Below are positions 1 through 16,017 of a DNA stretch of 64,000 nucleotides, one piece after another. The stretch comes from the human T2T-CHM13v2.0 reference genome, Homo sapiens, in the NCBI RefSeq assembly GCF_009914755.1, contig NC_060935.1; one strand, given 5' to 3'. Numbering within the stretch: position 1 is the first letter of the stretch; each line of letters opens with the position of its first letter. Below the pieces are notes generated by a model. That model made no database searches, was not told the origin of the DNA, and worked only from the letters and a program-made list of their open reading frames with translations. The position numbers and the translations under genes are program-made.

Positions 1-554
1 ATCTGAGCACCAAGGAAAGCATGCACAGGAGAAAAAGAAAAAGTCCAGGGGGAACACAGGGACCACCTCTGAGGGAAGGGAATGAAGAAGCAAAGAAAAA
101 GGGACAGAGAAGACAGAGGAGGAGAAGTAGGAAAAGAAAGTACCAGGCAAGCAAGGAGGGACATGCAGTTTCTAAAGGGGGTGGTCCGCAGTGCTGAATG
201 CGGCAAAGGTCTCTAGGTTTATCATTAGAAGAATGATAGTAACATCAAGGTGAACAAATTGTTGAGGTGGAAGCAGAAGCCAGGTGACAAAGGGCTGAAG
301 AGTGAACACAGGGAAAGGCAGTGAAAAGAATGAAAACAGAAGACGTTCTAGAAAGGTTTAACAAAGCAAAGGAGAAAGATGAAGCATCTGTGAAGGGTGT
401 TTGCGATGTTTACTGTTGTTTTGTTTTGTTTTATTTTGTGAGAATAGAAGAAAGGCTAAGCTCAGAGAGCAGGGACTGTGTGTCCGTTTGGTCACTGCTG
501 TATCCCTGGGGCCTGGCACAGATCCTGACACAAAGCAGTCATGAAATGGAGAGT

Positions 555-859
555 GGCCGGGTGCAGTGGCTCACGCCTGTAATCCCAGCACTTTGGGAGG
601 CCGAGGTGGGCGGATCATGAGGTCAGGAGTTCGAGACCAGCCTGGCCAATATGGTGAAACCCCATCTCTACTACAAATACAAAAATTAGCTGAGCGTGGT
701 GGCTGGTGCCTATAGTCCCAGCTACTCGGGAGGCTGAGGCAGGGGAATCACTTGAACCCAGGAGGCGGAGGTTGCAGGTGAGCCAAGATCACACCACTGC
801 ATTCCAGCCTGAGCGACAGACTGAGACTCCGTCTCAAAAAAAAGAAAAAGAAAAAAAAG
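555..859 (+). mobile_element. AluS
   Basis: Full dimer with A-tail; TSD GAAATGGAGAG. Confidence 0.95.
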
Positions 860-1312
860 AAATGGAGAGCTCATGCTGAATGGACTGAGGGGAAAACCAC
901 AGTGCCTAAGGGATTAAAGAAGGCTCTGGAGAAAGGAGAACCCAAATCAGAGTTAGCCCTGAAAAGAGACCAGTTGTCTACAGACACAGAGACAAGGGAA
1001 GAAAGAAGAGAGGATTTGGAGTGAAGGCATCGGCGAGAGATGCTGGCGGAGCCCATGCCGAAGGGCCTTGATATTTTCACTGAAGATGTTGAAGGAAGAC
1101 TCATTTCCCCACAGCAAGAGGGAAGATTTGTTGGTAGTCTTGGGAAGAAACCTGAAATAGTCACCATCAGGAAGGATGAAGAGTCAATAAGAAAGGAATA
1201 AAAGGCATGAGTAATAATAAATAGACACATAAGAACCAAATTCAGTCTTACAGATTCCACTTAGGGCGCTAACCCATTATATAAGAGACAGCACGTTCAA
1301 GCCGTCACATAC

Positions 1313-1451
1313 CTGAGGTGGGCTTAGACCACTGCAAGTCAACCGCAACAAGGTCCTCCAGCTCCTGCTCTGCTTGAATGGGAGAGACAGAGAGGATGCG
1401 GACAGACTGATATGCCGCAGTGTTAGACAACTCCCTTGTAGCATTAAATAT
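1313..1451 (-). CDS. SIAE: SIAE coding exon 4 (gene continues left of window)
   Basis: TTTTCCAG| acceptor and CAG|GTATGT donor; 139 nt, in frame after 405 nt of exons 1-3; IFNATRELSNTAAYQSVRILSVSPIQAEQELEDLVAVDLQWSKPTS. Too short to appear in the ORF track. Confidence 0.95.
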
Positions 1452-1829
1452 CTGGAAAAGAAATTGAAACGTCATTTAACCTAGCAGGTGGTGAACTAGC
1501 CTGACACCTCTTAGTAAACATCAGTCCTCTGAGCTCCTGAGCTTTCAATATACTGAGATCAAATTAATAACCAAAACCAATGGGCTGCACTGAATCACCT
1601 TGATCCACTTTTACCAAAAGAGACCAGGATGAATCATGTTCCCAAAGAGGGTAGAAATATAATGAAATCTGTGATCTTAAGGAGCAGGTCTATGTTAGAC
1701 AAGAGGAGCCGTGAAGTAGCTGAGGCTAAAGAATATTGCCCAGCACTTACAACACTCTGATACCTTGAAACTGAAATATTTCTACTCTGAAAAAGTATCT
1801 CATAACACAAAACCAGACCAATTAACTTC

Positions 1830-2132
<303 letters not shown>

Positions 2133-2325
2133 AATTAACTTCTTTTTAAAATGGTGCTTAGGATATTATGTGGAACCAAAAAGGCCGTGGGGAGGTAGAT
2201 TTGTCTAATCCATACCACACAAGAGAAGCATGCTTAAAAGAAACACAGCTCAGACATGACTGTTGAACTACTGAAACATAGTTGAAGTACTGAAACATAC
2301 TGGAATAAGTCTCAAAATGCATATA

Positions 2326-2997
2326 CAGTTATCCTTCATGTCCACAGGGCATTGGTTCCAGGAACCACACCCCCCCACACCAAACCCCAGCACATCAAAA
2401 TCTGAAGATGTTCAAGTCCCTTATACAAAATGGCATATTTGTTTATAGCCTACAAACATCCTCCTGTATCTCTATATTACTTATACCTAATGCAATGTAA
2501 ATGCTATGTAAATATTTATTATATATGTTAAGCAACCCTAATCTGAAAATCCAAAATCCAAAATGCCCCCAAATCCAAAATTTTTGGTGTGCCAACATGA
2601 TGTCAACAAGTGGAAAATTCCACACATAAATACTTCAGACAAATTTTGTTTCATGCACAAAATTATTTAAAAATATTGTACAAAATTACCTTCAGGCTAT
2701 GTGCATAAGGTATATAGGAAACATAAATGAATTTCAGGTTTAGACTCGGGTCCCGTCCCCAAGATATCTCATTATGTCTATGCAAATATTGCAAAATCCA
2801 AAAAAAAATCCAAAATCTGAAACACTTCCAATCTCAAGCAACTTCAGAAAAAGGATACTCAACCCGTATGTATTGTTTTTTCAATGTGTATTATTTATTG
2901 TTGTATTGCCACTTTTAATTTTTATTTTTCAAATATTTTATATCCATGGCTGGTTGAATCTGCACATGTGGAACTGGTGGATACCACAGGCTGACAG
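2326..2997 (+). mobile_element. MER2 (Tigger family) interrupted by a Tigger4/MER46-like element (~2524-2866)
   Basis: MER2-like ends CAGTTATCC...TTGGTTCCAGGA and GGTTGAATC...GGATAC...CTGACAG|TA; inner element CCCTAATCTGAAAATCC...GGATACTCAACCCG|TA. Confidence 0.75.
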
Positions 2998-5444
2998 TAT
3001 CCTCATCTTGGTCTTGGTAAATCACCAAAGAAAAGCAAGAGAGGCATGGAGACTAGAAAGGTGGTGTTCAGGGTAACAGCTCAGAACAGTCCCAAGGAAT
3101 TAAAGAAGAGGGTCCCTCCAAAGATAAATCATATTTTCCCAAATCACTGTATTAAACCTCATCAATTGTCAGGAGTATGAGAGGAGTGGCTTAGGGTTTT
3201 CTGGAAAAGAATGTGTATGCTACACTCAGTTCCTTCTTTGTTAGTCCAGTAAAGCATCATTCCTCTATGAACTTATGCACAAGTGCTATTTCCTCTCATC
3301 CTGACTTTTTAGTTATTTTTTTATTTTAAAACAAATATATCAGAAATATTTTGTTTTTGTTTTTTTTTATTTGTGTATTTCTTCTTGAGTCCTTTCTATC
3401 CCCCTGGACTGGCCCAGCTTCTCCCAAAACAAAGGGCCAACGGGAGCATCAGGAAGCCCAGTTACCGCTTGCCTCAGGGAGCAGGCGCTCCAGCTGAGTC
3501 GGGGCTGCCACAGCAGTGAGAGGCACAGGAGGCCGGGTACGTTCCATTGGCCGCTGGTCACAGAGTGTGCAGCTGGCTCGCTTTCCACCCCCACCCACCC
3601 ACCACAGAGAATACAGCTGGCCCTCCAGCCACAGCGTAAGAGAAACTCTGAAAGATGCTGCCCCTTGAATCTCTCTGGACTTGCCACTGAGCCGGCTGTG
3701 CCCAATAAGATGGCCAGATGGAAATGAGATAGCTCTTTTGATCACAGTGGGAGCCACAACCTGAAATGCTCCCTTGGTGGTGGCAGCTCTAGGCTGTCAG
3801 GATTACTGACTGGTCTTCCCATTCTCAGGACAGGTTACACATGGTCTCAAGAAAATTCCACAGGAAATCCAGACCTGTTTGTTCAGGATCATACCTGGCA
3901 GGTTAATGTAAAGTAAACACGAAGGAGTAAGAACAGGCTAATGCACTCACAGTGTATCTGGCAGGGAAATTATTTTTCAGCAGCAAGTACCTGTAAAAAG
4001 CCGCCTCCTTTGGAATTCAGTTCTGCACTAAGCACTCAGGATCCTATGTTGCTTCCATGGAAACAGTGGATGAAACTGCTTTCATTCTCTCCACCCACAC
4101 TAGCTTCCGCACTGACTGGGAACTCAAGTGCTTCATCACAGTGAGACGCCAGCTTGGGAGGCAGTATGAGAGAACATGCTACTTGTCTTTTAGACCCGTT
4201 GCTAACACTGTAGAGTACTGTGAGGCCAATAGAGTCAGAATGGTTGGCATTCTCCTATATTGATACCAGCACACGGAAGTGGATCCAAAACATTGACTGG
4301 AAAACTTCCATTTTCAAATTCACATTTGTGTGTAATTTCAAGCCCAAACTTGAAAGCCACAGAGAGTGTCAGCAAAAATGGGGGTGGGGACCATTCCTTC
4401 TGTACCTGACAACATAATGACAATTACTTCAGAAATTGGTATCCTTCCCCAATAACTAGGCCTTTTTGATGAAAGCATTTCCTCGGGGATATGTGCAGCA
4501 AACTTAGGAATAAAGAGATTGCAGGAAGATTTTCATTTAAATGACATTTGGTTTCCCTGCTGATGAAAGGGGAAACCTTACTCCATCTGCTGAGATCAGA
4601 TTTCATCTCATCAAACACTGCAGTGTTATTATTTTTTTACCAAGTATTTAAATGAGGATGTAAATGAATACCAAGGTATTTGAAGTCATTAACACCACAG
4701 ACGCTGGGAGAGAGCACCGCTGCCTCTCTAGGGACTGGACCGTTCACCATCAAAGCAGCTGCTCACTGGTGTTCATTTTGTAACCTTTATACCACATTCT
4801 TGAATTAATGAAGACACGTCAAGAATCTATTTCCTCAGAGAATCTTGGCATGGGGTCTGCATAGGGGAGCAAAGCATGCGTGTGAGTGTGTGTCTGTGCA
4901 CACACACACACACACACACAGAAGGACAGAAACTTTATTTACTTAAAAGAATTTGGAAATGCTCTAAGTTACTTTACCTTCTACTATGGTAGCAGTTCTA
5001 AAATTGAGGAGATAACTATTAAAAAAAAAAAAGCCAGCCTCATAAGTCCTGTGAATCTTTTGTTGGAATGTGGTACCAGCCCTTCTCTTCTGGATCTTAA
5101 TTTCTCTATTTGTAAAGTAGGAATGTGGGGAGTTCTGAGATATTGAAAAATGGGTTTCCTGATGGATATTGGCCATCTTTTTCTGAGCATAACTAGAAAT
5201 ATCCAAATCTTAAGACCTACCCTGACTTAGGAGGCGACAGATGAACATTTAGACTCTTCTCCATTTATAAACATCTCACTCAGCGTTATAAATAACACTC
5301 AATTTTAAAATTCCACTTTACCCTAACAACAAGATGGGCACACAATCTGCCATTTCCTTGATTTGAATGTGAAGAGTGGTAGGTTATAGTGGAACTCTTA
5401 CCTCCTCAGAGAAGTCACATGGAAGGAGGGAAGGAGAAAGACTC

Positions 5445-5487
5445 GTGTGTGTATGTGTGTGTGTGTGTGTGATGTATGTGTGTGTGT
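5445..5487. repeat. Interrupted (TG)n microsatellite
   Basis: Directly visible; other CA/TG tracts at ~4899-4920, 25175-25217 and 43140-43161. Confidence 0.9.
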
Positions 5488-6066
5488 TGGGGGTTTGTAG
5501 GAGGAAAGGAGCAAAAGGAATAAACAGAAAGCCATGTAGAACATTCTTTTAATCAAAAAACAAGGTTCCATAGACTGTTAAGAGACTAGAAACTTGGCTT
5601 TTGGTACTGTCAGCATCTAAAATGTTATCTTGCAAACTAAGTGCATGATTTAAACAAAAATAAAAAATAAATATTAACACTTGGATGTTTCAGACAGAAT
5701 TTTTTTCTGTTCCCCTATATCTCAGAGCTTAGAGACCTAGCTTTATACAGAAGATGCTCAGGGGTAAATTCTAGGCAGAGAAAATATGTTTACTCTTAAC
5801 AATCAAAATCTAATTTAGCTTGACAGAAAATGGGATGGAATCCCCTGGCATAGACTGCTGTTGAGAAAGCGACTATATAGATACAAACAGATCTGGTCCA
5901 TGCCTTTCTGTGCAAACAGGGAACTGCAATTACAGCATTAAGAAAAATACTGTTTTCCTTAATGAGTTAACAGCAATTCTGCTTCTACACAAAACCATCC
6001 TTTCTATCAAGAAATAAAACTTTGATTCTGCTTCTACTCTCTTATGCTAAAAGAGTCCAAAGTTCA

Positions 6067-6399
<333 letters not shown>

Positions 6400-6665
6400 C
6401 TAAATCAGAAAACTAATGATGAAATGAAGTAGATATGTTCAGAGTAAGATCATTTTAGTAGCATTATTTAGTAGAAGACTACAAAAAGAAAAAAATAGAA
6501 AAAACTAAGAAACAGAAGCAAAACAATAAATCATAGAGTATACAAACATATTGTATTTCATAAATTTTTCAAAAAGAGATGAATTGAGTTAACGGTCTAG
6601 TTCTATACAGGTTTACATCTCAAATTTAATATTTCTCAAAGGAATGATTAAAAGGCAAGAAAACA

Positions 6666-7001
<336 letters not shown>

Positions 7002-7285
7002 TCAGTTTTGGAGAAAGTGCTAGAGAAAACAATACTCCTTCTAAGTTCTTAACCTATATAGAATACATTAGCACCAATCAATAACTACCAATTTAATCAA
7101 TAGCTTATCTCTTAAGATTGTTAAGTCAAATTAATGAATTCATTCAAAGCATTTAGAACATATCTTGGCTCATGGTACTCACTAAATAGAAACAGCCCTG
7201 CTTCTCCTTGTTGCCCCCTTATTCCTCCTTCTTTTCCTTCTTCATCACCAACACTGTGTATTATTGCTGAGACTCTGCAAATTAC

Positions 7286-7461
7286 CTGTAACACAGTCAT
7301 CTGCATGTTACTCTGCCCACTACAGAGCCAGACATCTCCAAACAGGACGTCATGAACTCTCAGGGTGAAGTTTATTTTCTCCAAAGTCTGTTGTGCCATC
7401 ACTTCGAAAGGTCCTCCAGGCTTCACAGGATCCAGTACCACCATCCACGTATCAGAGTGAG
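7286..7461 (-). CDS. SIAE: SIAE coding exon 3 (catalytic GQSN motif, Ser127)
   Basis: TTTCAG| acceptor and CAG|GTAATT donor; 176 nt; AHSDTWMVVLDPVKPGGPFEV...DVWLCSGQSNMQMTVLQ. GQSN is the SGNH/SASA-family nucleophile block; codon count places the Ser at 127. Confidence 0.97.
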
Positions 7462-9520
7462 CTGAAATAGTAACAGGACTCCAAGGAATTAATCAATCAA
7501 TTAAAGTGAAATCAAAGCCCAATTATACTCATTTGTGGCTATTCCCAGCCTCTGTAATAAACCGAATTCAAAGCTATGAAGATTGGCCAAATTTCAGATA
7601 AGAGGATAGAACTAACACGAGCAGCAGCATTTTTATCCTTAATCTGTACCAATCCCTCCTTACTTTTAACTGAAGCATTTACAAAAAAAGTAAGTTACCC
7701 AGTTATAATCCTAAATGAGGATAGACAAAAATACACACAGATTAAAATTCAAGAGTTTAATAGAAAACATAAAAGAGAAATTCTTATTATACTATCCAGC
7801 TGTCAAAATTAACATTAATTTCATCTTATAGTGCCCCAAACTAACTTGCAATTACTCAATTGAATGTGACCACAGGGTATAGAAAATCAATGATAATCTG
7901 GAACTTCCCCTGGCTTGACAGTATCACCCTTGCCTTCACTCCCCGTCTCCTCCTCTGTTGCTAACAAGGATTAACACTACCAGTGGTCTGGGTTTTCCTA
8001 ACAGCAAACTGTTGAGTGGAGAAACCGACACATCAAAAAGTAGTGGGAGGCATATAAATTAATCTCTCTGTGAAAAAGATATTCCAATTTGCCCAATTAA
8101 TTATTTTCACAGACTTATTTACAAGACTTAAGGCTTTGGGACTCAATTAGGGAAATGAGAAGCTGTCTGAGACCCTATTTCAGAAACTCATAGCATATTC
8201 CCTAGAACCACCCCATCACCCTCCTACCTCTCATCACTCACCAGACCACCCCTGCCAACAACATACTTAGAAGCTTCAGAAAAATATCTTCAAAATGGCA
8301 AAAATTATGCCAAGGAGAATCAAGCAACATGAACAAAGTTGATAAAACAAGCATGGGAAAATAGAAAAAAAATGGGAAATTAACATTTTAAAATAAATAC
8401 TCTTGGCATTATGCCAAAGAATATGAACTGATTTATAATTCATACCCATCAGATCAATGTAAATTCAAAGGGAAAGAATGATAAGAACTGGAAATGGAGC
8501 ATCCTAAAATGATTACATCCAATCTATGGGAAATAATAATTCTAAAAATACTATCCAAGGGCCTACTATGTGCTAGACACTGCAAAGTTCTTTCTAATCA
8601 GCAAGAGCTAAGCAGAAGCATGAGATGTCCTAATGTACAACAGGTGACTAATAAAAACTCAATTCATAAAGGATTTCTCAGAGTCCTGGGGAAAATGTCC
8701 AAAAGCCCCAAGACATCAGAGGAAGGGTGCATGCTTGCTCCTCTTAAAAGCATAAGCAACTAAGCTTGCTACTCCCATCCCTAAGAGGTTAATTAAATCT
8801 AAGACCAAATGTTCAGTATTGCTTTTATACCATCAGTAGCCACACGTCAACGTATTAAATGTATAATTCACCTAAACCAGAAAAATCACTGTTTTGGAAA
8901 CAGTGGGCAGCTAGGACAGATTGTGTCGCACAGGTGTGATGTGTTCCATGTGGCTCACACTTCTGAGCAGGCAGACACTCCAATCTGTCCCAACTCCAGG
9001 CTTGCCAAGGTCTTTCCAGGCTTCCTGCACTGACACATCTTACTGGAGCTCTGTCCTTCTGCCACCAACGTTATTTACTTATGGTGGTGAGGTCAACCTC
9101 CAGAAAACCAAGGACTATTTCTTAGCCTTCTATTGCTATACAATTTATTCCTATTCACTGCTATTAACTGGGTATTTACACTTAGCCTCAATCCAGGCAA
9201 CGTGGCTGGTGAAGAAAACTACCTTCACCAGAGGTTCTAAAACACTCTGCTACCCAGTAATTAAAAGATAATGCCAAACTATTTAGGCCAAACATAGCAA
9301 TACCATCCTGCTACAGCCAGAGGATGCACTCCCTCTAGGGCCTAAGGAATCGAGAGAACTAGGCATCAAGACCCGAGCCTTGTTCCCAAGAACTGCCTCC
9401 CAGAGAAACCTCCTTCCAACTTCCTCAAAGACCTCAGAAAACTTCCTTCTGTGCTAGTCCTCAAGATGTTAGTTTCTAGCTTTTTTTCCTTTCCTACTTG
9501 ATAAAAGAAAAGTAAACTCT

Positions 9521-9814
<294 letters not shown>

Positions 9815-9952
9815 GTCATGTAAACTCTGACAATAACACAAGTGTTAAGAAGAGTTAACTTCCAGGCAAGGCAGGGAAAACTTGATACACTCCAGAGAGG
9901 TTACTAATGGTTAAACCAACTCAGAGACAGTTCATTTAAAACAATAAGGATT

Positions 9953-10338
<386 letters not shown>

Positions 10339-10843
10339 TTAAAAAGGCAAAAGCCACCATGTTTCATAAGAACTGGCTGGTCCTTAGCTTATCCGTTCAG
10401 GACTGGTTGGTTGAAATGGAGCTCACCACAGGCCAGTTAAGTCCAGTTAAGAGTTTTCAGAAACAGTGTTGACCCACGAAGTCCATAAGCTGGAGTCCAA
10501 ATAAGAAGCTTGAGCCACTAACCACAAAGAGTTTACCATCCAGCTGCCTTTCTGCTGATAGAGATCAGCTTTCCCAACAAGTTGCTCTGCATCCCTCTTC
10601 TGGGCCCTAATCACTTGCTATTAGCTATTCCAGGCCAGGCCCAGGTTTCTGTAAATTCTCACTTTCAGTGCATTCAAATCTCTGCTTCCTCGCATTTTTT
10701 CTCGTACCACCTAGGAAGATTAATTTCCTTCCTTCATTATACAGCTACTTAGAGTGCTTAGTGTGCCAGGCACTCCATCAATTAAATGGTAGGAAGTAAA
10801 CCCCATCCCTGGGTTACACTGACAAGAGAGCCATGCAAATTGA

Positions 10844-11191
<348 letters not shown>

Positions 11192-11775
11192 TCTAGTGGC
11201 CTATTTCTTATTGTTGCTCTTCTTCTCACATTCCAGCCAAGGGCAGTGAAAAACTCTCTGTCTCCACCTTCTCTCCACCTCCCAATTAACTCCCACCTCA
11301 TAATGGGAAGAACAAGCAAACAATCAATGGAAAAAATGAAAATAATTTGTCTAGAGACATAGTCATAAAGTGCTTTCTTGTTTTTTCTTCTTGCCATTCA
11401 TATCAGATGTTAATTATTTTGTTCTATTATTGTGCCAAAATCTGATGCCAAGAAGAGAAAAAGGAAAGTTATCCATGACCGTTCCCTTCCCGAGAAGAAC
11501 AACCTAGAAATGAAAAAAGCGCCCCTGTTCACTTCCCCCCCACCCCCACCCAACAGAACCCTAGTTCCTCACTGGCTGCAAAGTGGCTCAGTGGTTTGTG
11601 GAACTGGCTTGGAAGTCAAGAAGGCCTTACTGCCTACACTGCCCCTCACCAAACTACATTTATTCTGTTGTAACCTGAAGTTCATCTCCACCATCAAATA
11701 TGAATGCAAAGGAAAAATAGCTTAAGTGCTTTTGTATCAATAAAACTGCTCATGCAAGTTACTTACACTATAGCC

Positions 11776-12325
11776 TGTGGTGGCAGACACAGCCTAAGGT
11801 GACACCCCAAAGTCACATGCTTGTGTGGCTGGCAGAATCTGTGACTGGCTTCCAACCAACAGAAAATGGCAAAGGCAATGAGATGTCACTCTTGTGATTA
11901 GATAATGTTATATGGAAAAGATGGGATTTTGCAGTTGTGATTAAAGTCCCTAATCATTTCACTTTAAGTTAATAAAAATTGAGATTTTCCTGGGTTGGCA
12001 TACATAATAAGGTGAGCTCTTTCAAAGAAGATATAGAGGTCAGAGATGTGAAACAGCAGAGGTGCTGCCATGAGCTCAACACCTAAATGAATTCTGCCAG
12101 CAACGTAAGGGAGCTTGGAAACAGGTAACTCCCTACTCGCACCTCCAGGTGGGAACGCAGCCTGGCCTACACCTTGATTTCAGCCTTGTGAGACCCTCAG
12201 TAGAGAATCCAGCGAAACCATGACCAGACTTCAGACCCACAGAAATTGTGAGATAGTAAAAGCGTGTTGTTTTAAGCACCTAAGTTTGTGGCAATTTATT
12301 ATGTAGCATAGAAAACTAGTATGCA
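11776..12325 (+). mobile_element. MLT1 (MaLR) solo LTR
   Basis: TG...CA ends; CCTTGATTTCAGCCTTGTGAGACCC...GTTGTTTTAAGC..CTAAGTTTGTGG...AGCATAGAAAACTA motifs. Confidence 0.75.
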
Positions 12326-12580
<255 letters not shown>

Positions 12581-14399
12581 CTATTTACCTCAATCATGAT
12601 GACAAAAATATAGACAGACACACCCTCATTTTATCACCTACATACACACACCCCTACCATGTATGTCAAAGTGAGAGGATATGCCTGGTTTTCCCTGCTC
12701 GTATTCCTTGTGTCTGAAAGAATCCTCTTACATCATTTGACAACATCGTTTGAACCAACCCAGTACCTGACCATGGTGCCAATCATCCCTCAGGTATTAA
12801 TTTTCCCAATGTCTAAGTGTCAGTCTGCTGGACAAAAACCTTTATGCTGTTATATCTTACTTTGTTCTGGGTACCTAGGGGACTATGGGTAATAAGTTAA
12901 ATATTACCAGAGGCAGACAAAGCAGCAAATTGAGGTAATGTGGCTGAAAATCTCAGAGTCCTCATTAAAATCTAAACCAGAAATCCACCCTCCAATATTC
13001 TCTGTGGTATCTCTTTTGAGAGACATTTTCTGCCTATGAAATTTCTTACATGTCTACCTCCTTTACTCCAATTAACACTTCATCTATTTTGCTTGATGGG
13101 CAGAACAAAGCAAGATACCCATTGAAGCAGGTTTGCAGATCTCTCTAAACTCAAATACCTTCCCCTTTTCTACCAAGTAAATGTGGAAAGTCTAATAAAT
13201 AGGTCCCCACCACCACCAATAACATCAACCTCTTTTCCTGTGAAATTATCATCAGTATCCATGAATCACTCAATTCTCTTAAGTTGCTGCTGGTTATTTT
13301 AACTACAAATGAAGGATACATCCCTTTGCAGTGAGGCAGCTGGAGCATTACTTGAGCCTAAACTACTAAATGTGTAAGGATGGAATGGGGCAGTGAGTTC
13401 TTGAAAGATGGGCACTATTTGTATTCTTCTTTATACTTTCCTAGGGTTTCTGGCTCAGTGTTTTAGACATAGTAAGCCCTCACTTGGCTTTTATCAAATT
13501 AAACTCAAGATAAATGAGCAGCTTCACAATCACTGTAAAGGAAAAGGGAGGCTTCCCTCCTAATTATTACCTTTCATTCCACCTAGCCTCCTGCCTCATC
13601 TCTGCCCACCTCAAATATTAGTTCTGAAACAGGCATGAAGGGAGAAAAACTCTAAAAATAATGCAAAAGGATTTTTTAAACTGAAATGCTATGTAATATT
13701 GTATGCTTTCTGTATGTATTTCTACAGCACTGTGTTATCTCTGTCACCTAAATATTATTGGTAACTTAATTGTTAGCACCATGTAAATCCCACTTCTTAT
13801 TTTTAAACCACAGCAGTTCTTTGGATTTCCAAATCAGCATCATTTACTGAGAGTGCCATTATTTGTACACAATGCTCCTTATTTCTAAGGTGACCCAGCA
13901 CAAACAGAAAGCACTGAGAGTCCCTTGAATCCTTCACTTTCAGGACATCCTGCAAGTCACTGACGGCATTTAGATCCAACAGAGAAGCATGTCTCAATCA
14001 GCTGAAGCTTCCCTTTCGGTCTTTTAGTTTACCCAACAACATTCTTACCTTAAAAAGTCTTAAAACCCAAGAATTAGAAGCACTTACCTTACATCAATGC
14101 CTGGCATATAGTATTTTTAAATGTTTGCTGAATGGAAATGAATTTTGAAGAGACTGCATCAGGGTCTGGATCACTCGGGATTGGATCATCAGTTTTGTAT
14201 ACTGATAAAACCAACCAGACAATCCTTGCTTTCGGGGGCCAGTACAATTCCCACAAGCATCCCTGTCACATATATATGCTAGCCATTGCTCAAACCACCA
14301 ATTTGTACCTGAACTCCACCTCCACCTCTGAGCAGCCTCCTCATCTGTCTCATTCGCACCTCCACATCACACAGCTATAGCGCTATCTGTAACATCCAG

Positions 14400-15400
14400 C
14401 CCTGAGCATGCCTTCCTTCATCCCATAACTTCTAGCTTTGCCTCCTCCACACCGGCTTCTATATCTTTATCTCTTCTAGACAGAGACTCACTCCTTTGTA
14501 ATATCTCCCTGCTCATGAAAACTGCTAATTCTCACCTTCCTGAACATCCCCACAGCCACTCTATGAGGTCAAACCCTCATCATCTCTTGCTTGGATATCA
14601 CAGCAGCCTGCCCACCACCTCTATCTTACTGATCTCCAATCCATCTTCCACAGTGCTGCCACAGCGAACTTTCTAAAATATCTATCATATTCTTTTGCTG
14701 TTTAAAAATCTGTCCGTTTAGAATAAAACATACACTCCTTAGCAATGACAAACAAGCCTCCCTGTCTTTCCAACCTATCTCCTGTCATCTGCCCAGTCAC
14801 ACACCCCCCAGTGTTCCAGACCAACCAACCTGCCTGGCATCTCTCCCATGGCCCAGGTACACTCAGGCCTCCATGCTTTTGCCAGGCTATTCTCACTACC
14901 CAGTGTGCCCTGCTCACCTCTCAAGATGAGCCTCAGACTACGTAATTATCCCTACTCTCTACAAAGCACTCCCATCGCACCTTGTTCTTCCTCACTGTGG
15001 CACTTATCACACTTAACGATAACTGCTTACTATCTTCCTGTCTAACCTGCATGCCTCATTAAGGAAGAGGACATATCTGTTTTACTCATCACTGTATCAC
15101 CAGTACCTAGCACAGTATCGGGCACATAGTAGGCTCTCAATAGATATTTGAATGACTGACTAAATAATAATAGTAATAGTTACAATCATGACTGCTAAAA
15201 CTGACTCTGCACTTGTGTGCCAGGCACTGTTACAAGTCTTTACCAGTGTTAATTCGTTTAATTCTCACAGTAATCCTGTAGGTATCATGACGATCTCCAT
15301 TTCACATATAAACTGAGACATGGAGATGTTATATTACATGTCCAAGATTATTCAGCCGTATAAATGACAGAATCAGGGCCTGAAAGCAGTGACTTCCAGA
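14400..15400 (-). mobile_element. L2 and MIR remnants
   Basis: L2 3' end revcomp ...CCAGTACCTAGCACAGT..GGCACATAGTAGG.CTCAATA...GAATGA, followed by MIR core TGTGCCAGGCACTG...AAACTGAG; boundaries approximate. Confidence 0.6.
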
Positions 15401-16017
15401 GCCTTAGACTACCAATATGAAGTCTTACATTCTTACATTATGGCACTCTCAGTAAATGATGCTGACTTAGAAATCCAAAGAACTGCTGGTTCTAATATAT
15501 TGGTTTAAAAATAAGAAATGGGATTTACATGGTGCTAGTCTTGGGTTTTAAGACTTTTTAAGGTAAGAAGGTAAGAAGGTTGTTGGGCAAGGACTACCAG
15601 AGTTCTTACCCTCTCCTCCATACTGCCTCTCCTCTATATATGATTCAGCTCAAATACCATCTTCTGTGGAAACCTTCCCTTACCACCCAGTCTGAGTTCA
15701 ATGTTTCTCCTCTGTACCCCAAGACACCCCACATGTACCTTCATCATAGCATTCATCACGCTGTCCTATATAACTTGGTATCTATTCCCATTATTCTGTA
15801 AGTTCCTTGAGAACAGGAACTTTGACTCAGTCTTATTTTTGTTTGTATCCTCAGTGCCTAAGCACATGGCAAATATTCAAATAACTTTTATGGATGAATG
15901 GACAGACGGATGTAGGGACGGATGGATAATGTGAGCTACAGCATTAGCATTCATTTTCAGATAATCCAGCAGGTGGCAGAAGAGGGCAATAGCTGAACGG
16001 AAGATGGGCTGCCTTAC

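Noticed and set aside
871-1260. 129-aa minus-strand ORF just downstream of SIAE exon 4
   Set aside because: Overlaps purine-rich L2-like remnant sequence; no similarity to SIAE and no supporting splice structure.
3367-4420. Repeat-poor, moderately GC-rich stretch in SIAE intron 3 with overlapping short ORFs and E-box-like motifs
   Set aside because: No recognisable protein, and short motifs occur by chance; an enhancer cannot be supported without conservation or chromatin data.
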